Shown here one piece after another: positions 19,541 through 29,487 of a stretch of 64,000 nucleotides of DNA; the first letter of the stretch is position 1, and each line of letters starts with the position of its first letter. This DNA is from Halodesulfurarchaeum sp. (GTDB lineage Archaea; Halobacteriota; Halobacteria; Halobacteriales; Halobacteriaceae), in contig JBDGUI010000011.1 of assembly GCA_042216015.1 (NCBI GenBank), positions 1 to 64,000 of the forward strand, given 5' to 3'. A program made the position numbers and the translations under genes. A model generated the notes under the pieces. That model made no database searches, was not told the origin of the DNA, and was given only the letters and a program-made list of their open reading frames with translations.

Positions 19541-20218
19541 ATGAATGCAGGTGCCTTCCGTCGCGGCCTGGGAGACGTCGCCCCGTTACTCCTCGGGATC
19601 GCCCCGTTCGGCCTCGTCACCGGGGTCGCCGCGGCCAGTGCCGGTCTCGACCTCGTGGTCGCGGTCGGAATGTCCGTGATCGTCTTCGCTGGCGCGGCCC
19701 AGCTGGCAGCCCTCGAACTCATCAGAACGGACGCCCCGCTCGTCGTCGTCATCGTGACCGCCGCGGTCATCAATCTCAGGATGCTCATGTACTCGGCCTC
19801 GATCGCACCGCACTTCCGGGACTTCGCGGCGAAGTGGAAGGCAGGACTCGCGTACGTGCTCACGGACCAGGCCTACGCCCTCTCGATCGCTCGCTTCGGG
19901 ACTGCCGAATCTGTCGACCGGCGTTCGTACTACCTCGGGGTCGCCGTCCCCATCTGGATCGTCTGGCAGATCGCGACCATCACGGGGGTCCTGCTCGGGG
20001 CCCGCGTCCCGCCAGTGTGGGGGCTCGAATTCGCCGTCCCCCTCGTCTTCCTCGCCCTGCTGGTCCCCGCCATCGAGGACCTCCCGACGTTCGTGGCCGC
20101 CGCCGTCGGGGGAACCGGCGCGGTGCTCGGGACCGGCTTGCCGCTCAATCTCGGCCTTCCCGTGGGCGCGACAGTTGGTATTGTGGCCGGGGCCGTGGCC
20201 GAATGGGTGATGAAATGA
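19541..20218 (+). CDS. azlC: AzlC family branched-chain amino acid exporter subunit
   Basis: MSVIVFAGAAQ, INLR..MYS, LTDQAYA. Confidence 0.93.
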   Translation: MNAGAFRRGLGDVAPLLLGIAPFGLVTGVAAASAGLDLVVAVGMSVIVFAGAAQLAALELIRTDAPLVVVIVTAAVINLRMLMYSASIAPHFRDFAAKWKAGLAYVLTDQAYALSIARFGTAESVDRRSYYLGVAVPIWIVWQIATITGVLLGARVPPVWGLEFAVPLVFLALLVPAIEDLPTFVAAAVGGTGAVLGTGLPLNLGLPVGATVGIVAGAVAEWVMK

Positions 20219-20550
20219 CGACGAGTTACCCACCCGTGCTGCTCTGGGTCGCCATCCTCGCCATCGGCCTGCTCACCTTCGGCATTCGGGTCTCGTTCAT
20301 CGCGCTGTTCAGCCGCGTGAACGAGATCCCACCCCGGGTCGAACTGCTCCTGCGATACGTTCCGGCGGCGGTCCTCGCCGGGCTGGTCCTGCCCGCCCTC
20401 GTGCCCATCGAGCCGGCGGGCGGCCCTGCACTCGACAAACTCCTTGCGGGCGCCACGGCAGCGGCGGTCGCCTGGCGGACCGAGAACGTGCTCGCGACCC
20501 TCGCCTTCGGCATGGGCACGCTCTGGGCCCTTCGATTGATCGGGCTCTGA
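20215..20550 (+). CDS. azlD: AzlD family subunit
   Basis: TFGIR, LRYVPAAVL; ATGA overlap with azlC. Confidence 0.9.
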   Translation: MTTSYPPVLLWVAILAIGLLTFGIRVSFIALFSRVNEIPPRVELLLRYVPAAVLAGLVLPALVPIEPAGGPALDKLLAGATAAAVAWRTENVLATLAFGMGTLWALRLIGL

Positions 20551-20610
20551 GTGGGTCGAGGACTGACCCCGGCCCACAGGTCTATCCTCCCGGAGCGCAA
20601 AGGCTCGAGT

Positions 20611-21210
20611 ATGCCCGACGACAAACGGGGCCGCGAGAAGCAGGCCAGGAACGCGGATCGGCGCCAGCGCGAGCGGGCTGTGGCCACGGAACTGGAGCGG
20701 AGGGACGACCTCGAGCCGGCCTTCGACGAGGGAGAACTCGCCCGTTTCGAGACACAACTGGAGGAACTCGAGTTCCCGGTCACGGGGACCGAGGTCGTCT
20801 CGGAGATGGGCCATCGCAAGCTCGACGGGATCGAATCGACCTACAGCGTCAGCGAACTCCTCCCCGCGATCGAGGGTGAGACCTATCCGGATCCCACCCA
20901 CGTCCGCAGGCAGGTCGAACGCCCGACGGTGGCCAAGGCGATGAAGCGGATCATCGAGGAGGCCGAGCGGTTTCAGGGGGCCGACCTGCGGGGATCGAAG
21001 CGGAAGGCCTACGAGAAGACGTTCCTCGAACTCGAGGCAATCGACGCCGTAGACGAGGACCAGGGGATCGCGGTCGTGCGTGAATGGATCATCGAACAGC
21101 TCCAGGAGGAGGGGGAACTGCCGGGCTCGCGGGCAGTTCGCCGACGCGGTGCGGATTTCTGCCGCGAACAGGGGTACGAGGTTCGATCCGACGAGTGGCT
21201 CGGCGCCTGA
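20611..21210 (+). CDS. Haloarchaeal hypothetical protein (DUF5789-like N-terminus)
   Basis: MPDDKRGREKQA... LEFPVT..E; acidic composition. Confidence 0.75.
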   Translation: MPDDKRGREKQARNADRRQRERAVATELERRDDLEPAFDEGELARFETQLEELEFPVTGTEVVSEMGHRKLDGIESTYSVSELLPAIEGETYPDPTHVRRQVERPTVAKAMKRIIEEAERFQGADLRGSKRKAYEKTFLELEAIDAVDEDQGIAVVREWIIEQLQEEGELPGSRAVRRRGADFCREQGYEVRSDEWLGA

Positions 21211-21254
21211 TCGGCATCCCCAACTATTTTTGCCCGACCCCGCAGGTGGTGAGT

Positions 21255-22487
21255 GTGGCCGCGTTCATCGCTCCCCAGACCGCCCTCGCGATCCTCCTCT
21301 GGGCCGCACTGGCCGTCTATGGTTTTTCATCCCTCTGGTGGCTCCTCGAGACGCTGATTCTCGCCAGAGGCTGGCGGCCCGACGAGCAGGAGGCGTGGGC
21401 CCTCGAGGACATCCAGGTCCGGATCCTGACCATCGACGCCGAGGAAGTGGTTCAATCGACGGTCGATGCGCTTCCGGAGGAAATTGCGGATGTCCGGATC
21501 ATCGCCGAGCGGGAGATCGACGTCGACGGAGCCACGGTCCACGTCGTCCCAGATTCCTTCGAATGTGAGGCCACAAACAAGGGGAGAGCGGTCGAGTGGG
21601 CCCGGCGGCACGTCGACTGTGAGGCCGAGTACGTCCTCTATCTCGACGAGGACACGATCGTCACGGACCTCACCGGACTTCCGGACGCCGATTTCGTCCA
21701 GTTCACGGAGAAGCCGATCTTCACGGGCTCCCGGCTGACCTACCTCGCCGAGATCTTTCGAACCGGGTACCAGTTCGAGCAGCTGGGATTCCACCGGCTC
21801 CGGTATCCGCTCTACGCCTGGGGTGGTGGCTTCGCCATTCGCCGGGAGATCGAGGAGGAACTCGGGTGGAACGTCGCCACGATCACGGAGGACACGAACC
21901 TGATCTGGCGGGCCGCCGACGCCTTCGAGCTGGAGTATCAGCTCGTCGATAGTCGATTCCGCAATCAGGCCCCGCCGACGGTCAGATCGATGCTCAAACA
22001 GCGACGCCGCTGGATGTCGGGGACCATCGCGGACGATCACCTGCTCCCGCGTCACTATCGGCCGCTGTACCTGACTCGCGTGGTTGCCTGGGCGTTTTCG
22101 CCCTTCGTTCCACTCCTGATCGTCGCGTCGTTCCTCCTTCCAGGAAGCGCTCCGGGGATCGAACTGTACGGACTCATCTCGACGGGGCTTTTGGGAATCC
22201 TGTTCGTCTACACCCTCTTCGGGGCGATCGCGTACCGGAAACATCCGCTTCTCTGGCCGGTCCTGCTGCTGTTGACGCCCGTGGCAGTGGTCCTGCACGC
22301 CGCCGGGGCGGTCTGGGGCGTCCTCAGCCCCGTCGAGGAGTTCGAGGTCACCGAGAAGGTGACACCCGAGACGATCGAGGCGGAAAACGAGGAGCTAGAA
22401 CCAGGAGCCCTCTCGAACCACGACGGAACCGACCGGCTCATCAGGAACTCCGCCGAGGAGTTCGACACCCACCTGTTCGAAGATTGA
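21255..22487 (+). CDS. Membrane glycosyltransferase family 2
   Basis: NKGRA, YLDEDT, TED and QRRRW motifs plus flanking transmembrane helices; GTG start approximate. Confidence 0.92.
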   Translation: MAAFIAPQTALAILLWAALAVYGFSSLWWLLETLILARGWRPDEQEAWALEDIQVRILTIDAEEVVQSTVDALPEEIADVRIIAEREIDVDGATVHVVPDSFECEATNKGRAVEWARRHVDCEAEYVLYLDEDTIVTDLTGLPDADFVQFTEKPIFTGSRLTYLAEIFRTGYQFEQLGFHRLRYPLYAWGGGFAIRREIEEELGWNVATITEDTNLIWRAADAFELEYQLVDSRFRNQAPPTVRSMLKQRRRWMSGTIADDHLLPRHYRPLYLTRVVAWAFSPFVPLLIVASFLLPGSAPGIELYGLISTGLLGILFVYTLFGAIAYRKHPLLWPVLLLLTPVAVVLHAAGAVWGVLSPVEEFEVTEKVTPETIEAENEELEPGALSNHDGTDRLIRNSAEEFDTHLFED

Positions 22488-22620
22488 TGGGTGCCGCGAC
22501 GAGGGGTGTCGCCACCGCTCGATCGAATCTCCCTCGAAGGATCACCCGATCCGGCGAGGCGGGCCGCTCCATTTGCGAGTGAAAAATACACCCGTGTCCT
22601 CGAGAATTTCCACCCGAGAG

Positions 22621-23709
22621 ATGCCACGAGACACGTTCACTCGTCGGCAGTTCCTCGAGCTCGGCGGCGTGGGATTGCTCACCGGCCTCGCGGGCTGTAG
22701 CTCGCCCGAAGCCGGCTCCGAATCGACGACCACGGCCCCGCCGACCACTGCCGGCCCCGACACGGACGATCGATCGAACTACACCGAGGTGTACCGGGAC
22801 ACCATCCCGTCGGTGGTGATGGTTCGAACTGAGCGCAGCCAGGGGACCGGATTCGTCTACGATCGATCACACGTCATCACGAACGCACACGTCATCGGCA
22901 CCGCCACGTCGGCCCAACTCCGATTCAACGATGGAAGCTGGGCCGTTGCCGAGGTGCGGGGCGTGGACCGACACAGCGACCTCGCGGTCCTCACGCCGGA
23001 TTCGCTTCCCGAGCCGGCCACGCCACTTCCGTCAAGCGACGAACCTCCGGTGGTCGGCACGGAGGTGCTCGCCATCGGAAACCCGTACAATCTGGACGGA
23101 ACGGTCACGAACGGGATCATCAGCGGGACGGACCGCCTGATCGAAGCGCCGAGCGGCTACCTGATTCCGGATGCGATCCAGACCGACGCGGCGGTCAATC
23201 CGGGCAATAGCGGCGGCCCACTGATGAACCTGGAGAGCGAGGTCGTCGGCGTCGTCAACTCGAAGCAGGGCGATAACATCGGCTTTGGCATCTCCGCCGC
23301 GCTCACCTGGCAGGTCGTGCCCAAACTCATCGAAACGGGCGAGTACGAGCACGCGTATCTGGGGGCCGCGTTGCAGAACGTGACCCCGACCGACGCCCGG
23401 GCCAACGAGTTAGACGTTCCACGGGGACTGATCGTGGTGCAAACGGTTGAGGGCGGCCCCGTCGATGGCGTCCTCCAGGAAAGTCGGGTGGGGATCGTCG
23501 ACGGCGAGCGGGTCCCGGTCGGCGGTGACATCATCCTGGCCGTCGACGGCAAAACCATGGAGTCCTTCGAGGACCTGGCGAGTTATCTCGCACTCCACAC
23601 CCGCCCCGGTGACTCGATCGCGCTTCGCCTCCTTCGGGACGGAAGCGAGCGGACCGTCGAGGTGACCCTGGGCACCCGTCCGGAGGGGTCCCGGAGCCCG
23701 CTCCAGTGA
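22621..23709 (+). CDS. HtrA/DegP (S1C) serine protease with PDZ domain, Tat lipoprotein
   Basis: TRRQFL..LAGC signal; TNAHV, DLAVL, QTDAAVNPGNSGGPL; C-terminal PDZ. Confidence 0.95.
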   Translation: MPRDTFTRRQFLELGGVGLLTGLAGCSSPEAGSESTTTAPPTTAGPDTDDRSNYTEVYRDTIPSVVMVRTERSQGTGFVYDRSHVITNAHVIGTATSAQLRFNDGSWAVAEVRGVDRHSDLAVLTPDSLPEPATPLPSSDEPPVVGTEVLAIGNPYNLDGTVTNGIISGTDRLIEAPSGYLIPDAIQTDAAVNPGNSGGPLMNLESEVVGVVNSKQGDNIGFGISAALTWQVVPKLIETGEYEHAYLGAALQNVTPTDARANELDVPRGLIVVQTVEGGPVDGVLQESRVGIVDGERVPVGGDIILAVDGKTMESFEDLASYLALHTRPGDSIALRLLRDGSERTVEVTLGTRPEGSRSPLQ

Positions 23710-23768
23710 ATCGTCCGACGGTCACGTCGGTGTCCCAGCACCACCGTCGATACCGGAGAGAGCGAGAT

Positions 23769-24806
23769 TCAGACCCCCCTGAGGATCGACGTCAGTCCGA
23801 CAGTCTCGGCGATGACCCACACGACGAACAGGAGGTACGCGACGAGGAGCGTGGACGACTCGAAGTCGGTGAGTGTTAAATTCGTCCGGAGAAAGCCGAA
23901 CAGCAGCACCGTGGCGAGCGTGAGCACCCCGAACATCGGGACGGCAATCGAGAAGTTGACGGGAACGCTGCCGACGAGGAGGACGCCAAGCGGAATCACG
24001 ACGAGCAGGTCGAAGGTGTTCGATCCGAGCACGTTCCCGAGACTGGTGACCCCCCGTCCATCGCGGGCCGACCGGACGCTCACGAGCGTATCCGGAAAAC
24101 TCGTTGCCGCCGCGATGATCGTGACGCCCGCCAGGAACTCGGGGATTCCGAACGTGTGACCGAGCGTTTCGACGGCCCGGACCAGCTGTTCGACGGCGAG
24201 GAGAATGACGAGCAGTCCGCCTCCCAATTTCAGCCACTCCCGACCGACGGCAACGTCTCCATCGACGGCTCCGGCCTCGTGATCGCTGACGTCCTGGTAC
24301 TGAATGAACAGGTAGAGGCCGTACAGCAGGAGTGGGATCGCCGCGAGCGGACGCGTGATTCGGCCGGCGAGTTCCGGGCCGTTCGGGACGGGAACGTAGA
24401 TGACGGCGAGCGCGAAGGTGACCACCAGGGCCGAGACGGCGACCATGTAGAACTGGGCCTCCTTGTAGACGACCGTTCGGTTCGACTCGAGCGGGGCACC
24501 GGAGAACAGCCCAGAGAGCGCGGGAATGACGAGAATGTTGAAAATCGCCGAGCCGACGATGGCCCCCACGCCCATGTTGAATACGCCCGCGAGCGCCGTG
24601 ATTATGACGCTCGCGAGTTCCGGGAAACTCGAACCGACTGCCACGACGATCGATCCCTGCACGACCGCCGGCAGGCCGTGGTGGGTCGAAAGCTGCTCGG
24701 CGGACTCCTCCAGCCATCCGCTGCCGAGCCAGATGAACCCGGTCGCGATTCCGATGACGAGGACGTTGACGGCCGTCGTGTCGGGGAGGACCCCGCCCAG
24801 GACCAT
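23769..24806 (-). CDS. Sodium:calcium antiporter (CaCA family)
   Basis: Alpha repeats GSSFPE...GSAIFN and ATSFPD...GNVLGSNTFD. Confidence 0.93.
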   Translation of the reverse strand: MVLGGVLPDTTAVNVLVIGIATGFIWLGSGWLEESAEQLSTHHGLPAVVQGSIVVAVGSSFPELASVIITALAGVFNMGVGAIVGSAIFNILVIPALSGLFSGAPLESNRTVVYKEAQFYMVAVSALVVTFALAVIYVPVPNGPELAGRITRPLAAIPLLLYGLYLFIQYQDVSDHEAGAVDGDVAVGREWLKLGGGLLVILLAVEQLVRAVETLGHTFGIPEFLAGVTIIAAATSFPDTLVSVRSARDGRGVTSLGNVLGSNTFDLLVVIPLGVLLVGSVPVNFSIAVPMFGVLTLATVLLFGFLRTNLTLTDFESSTLLVAYLLFVVWVIAETVGLTSILRGV

Positions 24807-25399
24807 GGTATCCACACACTCGCGGGATTGGAGAAAAGAAACCTTCGGTTACATCGGGGCGGACGACGGGCCACCCACTCGGTTTCAGGCCGTCCGATAA
24901 GACGCTTCGTCAATCGGATCCAGCGTCGCTCGAATGCCGGTAACCCGGCTATTCGGCGAGACGTAAGCCTTCGCCAGGACCCAGGAGCCGCTACCGGCAG
25001 TGGGGCCGGCACCATAGCAGTCGCACTCGGATTTTTGCTCGCATGGACGCGGTTTCACCGCGACCGAGAGGGCCGGCAGATACAGCCGGAGGTGACATCG
25101 TTTGCGGGTCGGGCCGTACAAATTGGGTACCGACAGGGGCCGCTCGTGGCTCATCGTCAATGCCCAACTCCACCCCAACGAAACTGAACCGTTTCTCGCT
25201 GATACCATCTCGACTTCACCGTACGACCGGTTCATTGCGCTCGATACGGCTGTCCGGGGCATCCGCGGCCCACCACGCCATTCGTCCGCCTCACCCTGGG
25301 CAGTTCATCCGAGTCGTCTCGGAGGTGACTCTCTCCTGCCAGATTTGGTCACCGACCATCGTCCCCATTGGGCGGGCTCGGCCATCAACTGCGACGGCT

Positions 25400-25625
25400 G
25401 GCTCTCCGTGTCCCGACCGGCATCGACCTCCTCGAGTGTCTGCCGGAAGTGATCTTCCGTCAGGACGACGTCTTCGACGTCGGATTCCCGCTGGTTTCGG
25501 CGGCCTGGTCGTGTTCTCTGACGGCACTGGTCGCTACCTCCCGGCGGACGGCCTCGATGTCCGCGCCAACGTCTCCCATCGTGTCGGCGGCCAATTCGTC
25601 GAGATCGACGCGATCGCTGCAGAGC
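25400..25625 (-). pseudogene. cdc48 remnant (C-terminal part of D2)
   Basis: [28 protein letters not shown], then a frameshift, then VEDVVLTEDHFRQTLEEV; aligns by eye to [26 protein letters not shown]...[13 protein letters not shown] of the intact cdc48. Confidence 0.85.
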
Positions 25626-25627
25626 GT

Positions 25628-25750
25628 TGTCGGGGACTCGAACGGCGGCGACCAAATCGTCTCATTGCTCGGTAGCGAACTCGATGGCCTTAGGGCACTC
25701 GAGGACGTGGTCCTCATCGACACGACGAACCGCCCGATCCTGATCGACAG
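25628..25750 (+). pseudogene. cdc48 remnant (D2 SRH region), opposite strand
   Basis: GDSNGGDQIVSLLGSELDGLRALEDVVLIDTTNRPILID vs intact [39 protein letters not shown]. Confidence 0.85.
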
Positions 25751-25812
25751 GTCACCCGGGGGCAGTTCGAACACTTTTGGCGATCCGGGACGAACCCGTT
25801 TCACGAGGTCAC

Positions 25813-26610
25813 AGGACCATACAGGTGGGAACGTGTGGTTACTCGTCCTACGACCCAGGGGACGGCTGGTAATCCCGGTATGACAGCAAGTTGCAGGCCT
25901 ATTCGGAGGCGTTTCCCGTCGGCGAACTCAATCGCACGTTCTACTCGCTTCCGAGGTTTCCACGGCCGAGGGCTGGCGAAACGAGGTCGAAGCCGATTTC
26001 GAGTTCACGCTCAAGGCCTGGCAGGCGATGACCCATCCGGGGGAAAGTCCGACGTGGAACGGAAACCGCGACGAGGTCGAAGACGATCGAACCGACGAGG
26101 TCCGCCATTTCCAACCCACCGATGCCGTGCGAGACGCGTGGGAAGAAACGAGGCGCCGGGCCGACGCACTGGATGCATCGGTCCTCGTCATCCAGACGCC
26201 GCCCGGGTTCGATGCCAGCGAGGAACACGGTTGTGGCTGTGAAGGACCCTTTCGGGTATCGACAGGGGCGAGTTGACCATCGCCTGGGAGCCGAGGGGCA
26301 ACTGGCTTGACGAGCTGGACCGGGTCGGCCGTCTCTGTCGGGATCTCGATCTGGTTCACGTCGTCGATATCTTTCGGGAGGAACCACGATCCGACCACGA
26401 CGTGGCCTACCTGCGCCTCCACGGCCGGAACGAACGACGATACGATTAGGACTACTCGTATGACGAGGCCGAACTCGAAACGCTCGTTTCACACCTGTGC
26501 GATCTCGAATCCGAGCACGAGACCGTCTATTGCCTGTTCAATACGTCCGACAGGTACACGGACAGCCCGGACGATCGAACTGGTTTCCGAGCGCTATTGG
26601 CCGAAAATCC
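25813..26610 (+). pseudogene. DUF72 (YecE-like) pseudogene
   Basis: IQVGTCGY, ELNRTFY, FTLKAWQ..TH, QTPPGF, WEPRG.W, YLRLHG, YCLFN spread over several frames; stops at 25870 (TAA) and 26447 (TAG). Ends approximate. Confidence 0.88.
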
Positions 26611-26712
26611 GGCCGTTCCATCGGCATCTGATGGATCGAAGTGGAATCTCCCGAAACACTACCCGAGCAATGTCACGAATTCGCCAATGTAGTGGAGAAA
26701 GTCCAAACTATG

Positions 26713-27050
26713 GACCTCTGAAAGGGGGCGGAGTTCGAGATGCTGGCAAGCGGGCCTGAAGTGAAAGCATCCGGCGACCGAGTGTTACCGAGACGCGTCG
26801 CGTCTCGGTCGCTAACCGGAACGCTTTGCGTTCTGGTGATGGTCCGAAGGACCCGGAATCGCGCGAGAGCAGGGCTCTCGCTGAGTCCCGCTCACTTCGT
26901 TCGCGGGACGGTCGCCGGTTCACTCGCGCGAACGAACGTGAGCGCGGGGCCGACGAACGACTAAGCGCCGAAGGCGCGCTAGAGCGAGGAGTGCTTTTGG
27001 TCGAGCTTTTACCGAGCGAGCCGCCGGCTCGCACAGTGTAAAAGGTCGAT
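26713..27050. repeat. Multi-hairpin intergenic element related to the tRNA-trailer elements
   Basis: Serial inverted repeats (GAGACGCG/CGCGTCTC, GCGAGAGC/GCTCTCGC, GTCCCGC/GCGGGAC) and a terminal GAGGAG-TGCTTTTGGTCGAGCTTTT...AAAAGGTCGAT module also seen at 40298-40367. Confidence 0.75.
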
Positions 27051-27281
27051 GTACGCCCGGAACACTAACTCCCGACGTCATCCCTGGCGGCGTGCCGCGT
27101 CGGCCGGGTAACCCTCGTGCCGGGCGTGTCTATCGCGTGCCGGGGTTCTCCACCGATCATCGCGCCCTGGTGGGCCGGCTCGGGTGGGGACTGCGGCACG
27201 CAGTGGGGGATAGGCCGGGAGTGCTGAAAAGGCTGTCCGCAAAGACCGGGATTCATAATCGCCCTCGTCGTACGACCACCC

Positions 27282-28241
27282 GTGACTGTCGACATCGCCG
27301 TTCTCAGACAGCAACTCCAGGGGCTCGACGAAACGGGGTACGCGGCCGCACTCGAATCCCGACTGCCCGACGCCGAGATACGAGTGGCTCGGACGCCCGA
27401 AGAGGAACGGGACCTGCGCTCCTCGGCGACGGTCGCCGCCGGCACGAATATCGACGCCGAGGCCCTCGATCGGGCCCCGAACCTCGAACTCTTTGCGTGC
27501 ACGTACTCCGGGACGGAGCACCTCCCGCTCGAGGCGCTCGCGGATCACGGCATTCGGGTCACCAACGGATCGGGGGTCCACGCACCGAACATCGCCGAGT
27601 ACGTGCTGGGCGGCATGCTCGGGTTTGCCCGGGGCTTTCCGCGGGCGTGGCGACAGAAGGAACGACAGGAGTGGCGGTCCTTCGAGACCCGGGAATTGCA
27701 GGGCAGTACCGTCACCGTCGTCGGGATGGGTGCCATCGGGCTGGCCGTCCTCGACCGCCTCGAACCCTTCGGCGTGCACACGATCGGTCTCCGCTACAGC
27801 CCGGAAAAGGGTGGTCCGGCCGACGACATCGGGGGGCTCGACCGGGAGTCCCTCCACGACGCGGTGGCCCGGAGCGAGTACGTCGTGGTCGCCTCTCCGC
27901 TCACCGAAACCACGGAGGGACTGATCGACGCCGAGGCCCTGTCGACGATGCCTCCGGAGGGGGTGCTGATAAACATCGCCAGGGGACCGATCGTCGACAC
28001 CGATTCGCTCGTCCGTGAACTCGAAACGAACCGCATCCGCGGGGCGGTCCTCGACGTCACCGACCCCGAGCCGCTCCCCCAGGATCACGCACTCTGGGAG
28101 TTGGACAACGTGCTCCTGACCCCCCATCACGCCGGGTTCACGCCGACGTACTGGGAACGACGGGCGGAGATCCTCGCGGAGAACTACCGACGGGCGCGGG
28201 AAACCGGAACCTTCGCGGACCTCGAAAATCAGGTCCTGTGA
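27282..28241 (+). CDS. D-2-hydroxyacid dehydrogenase
   Basis: GMGAIG, INIARG, LDVTDPEPLP, LTPH motifs. Confidence 0.93.
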   Translation: MTVDIAVLRQQLQGLDETGYAAALESRLPDAEIRVARTPEEERDLRSSATVAAGTNIDAEALDRAPNLELFACTYSGTEHLPLEALADHGIRVTNGSGVHAPNIAEYVLGGMLGFARGFPRAWRQKERQEWRSFETRELQGSTVTVVGMGAIGLAVLDRLEPFGVHTIGLRYSPEKGGPADDIGGLDRESLHDAVARSEYVVVASPLTETTEGLIDAEALSTMPPEGVLINIARGPIVDTDSLVRELETNRIRGAVLDVTDPEPLPQDHALWELDNVLLTPHHAGFTPTYWERRAEILAENYRRARETGTFADLENQVL

Positions 28242-28304
28242 GTCCGCGATCCCGATCTGTCACGGTGAGCCCCGGACCTGACTCGGTTGGTGTGCCGAGA
28301 TCTT

Positions 28305-29336
28305 CTACAGCCACCCTTCCTCGGCCAACAGCTCGCCATTGAGAATGCTCGCACCCGCGGCACCGCGGATGGTGTTGTGCGCGAGGGCATTGAACTGGAT
28401 GCCGGTTGCCGTCTCCTGGATCCCACCGACGGCGATCCCCATCCCCTCGCCGACCATGCGATCGAGGCGGGGCTGGGGGCGGTCCGGTTCGTCGAAGACC
28501 TCGATGAGCGGGGCCGGGGCCGAGGGGAGGTCGGCCGGTTCGGCCGCGGCGAGTGCGGACTCGATCTCCTCGAGAGTTGGATCGGTCCCGAACTCGACGA
28601 AGACGTTCTCGAGGTGACCGTCGATCGTGGGAATGCGGTTACACGAGGCGGTGACCGCCGCGCCGTGCCATTCGATTCCCCCCTCGGCGTACTGCCCCAA
28701 CAGTTTCCGGGACTCGTGTTCCATCTTCTCCTCCTCCCCACCGATGTGCGGGATCGCGTTATCGATGATCTCCATCGAGGAGACCCCCGAGTATCCGGCC
28801 CCGGAGACGGCCTGGAGGGTCGACACGTGGACTCGCTCGATGTCGAATTCGTCGAGTGCGGCAAGCGGAGGGACCATGGTGATCGTCGAGCAGTTCGGGT
28901 TCTTGACGAGCGCGCCGTCCCATCCCCGTGTCTCCCGCTGGGTCTCGAGCAGGGAGAGGTGCTCCGGATTCACCTCTGGAATGACCAGCGGAACGTCCTC
29001 GGCCTCGCGTTCGTTCGAGGAGTTCGAGGACACCACGTACCCGGCCTCGAGAAAGGCCGGTTCGACCTCGGCCGCGACGCCGGAGGGGAGCGAGGAGAAG
29101 AGCAGGTCCACGTCGTCCGGGATGGCCCCGGGATCGGTCCGGGTGACCGTTCGGTCCGCGATGGACTCCGGAATCGGGATGTCGACCCGCCACTTGGCAG
29201 CCGACCGGTAGGTCTCGCCGGCACTGTCCGAACTGGCAGTCAGGGCTCGGATCTCGAATTCGGGATGGTCCACGAGGAGCTGGATGAACCGCTGTCCGAC
29301 GGCGCCCGTGGCGCCGAGAATGCCGACCTGAATCAT
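28305..29336 (-). CDS. asd: Aspartate-semialdehyde dehydrogenase
   Basis: GATGAVG, PEVN, NPNCS, QAVSGAG, HNTIRGAAG. Confidence 0.97.
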   Translation of the reverse strand: MIQVGILGATGAVGQRFIQLLVDHPEFEIRALTASSDSAGETYRSAAKWRVDIPIPESIADRTVTRTDPGAIPDDVDLLFSSLPSGVAAEVEPAFLEAGYVVSSNSSNEREAEDVPLVIPEVNPEHLSLLETQRETRGWDGALVKNPNCSTITMVPPLAALDEFDIERVHVSTLQAVSGAGYSGVSSMEIIDNAIPHIGGEEEKMEHESRKLLGQYAEGGIEWHGAAVTASCNRIPTIDGHLENVFVEFGTDPTLEEIESALAAAEPADLPSAPAPLIEVFDEPDRPQPRLDRMVGEGMGIAVGGIQETATGIQFNALAHNTIRGAAGASILNGELLAEEGWL

Positions 29337-29392
29337 AGCCGCGATTCGGGACGCTCGCCCTAAGCCCTTCTGATGGGAGACGGCTCGCTGCC

Positions 29393-29450
29393 CGGGGTTC
29401 GGTCCCTGCGTAACGGGGTTCGGTCCCTGCGTAACGGGGTTCGGTCCCTG
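29393..29450. repeat. 21-bp tandem repeat, about 2.8 copies
   Basis: CGGGGTTCGGTCCCTGCGTAA at 29393 and 29414, partial copy at 29435. Confidence 0.95.
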
Positions 29451-29487
29451 TAAAAATCCGCCACCGACCGCGCCCGTCCCGGATCAA

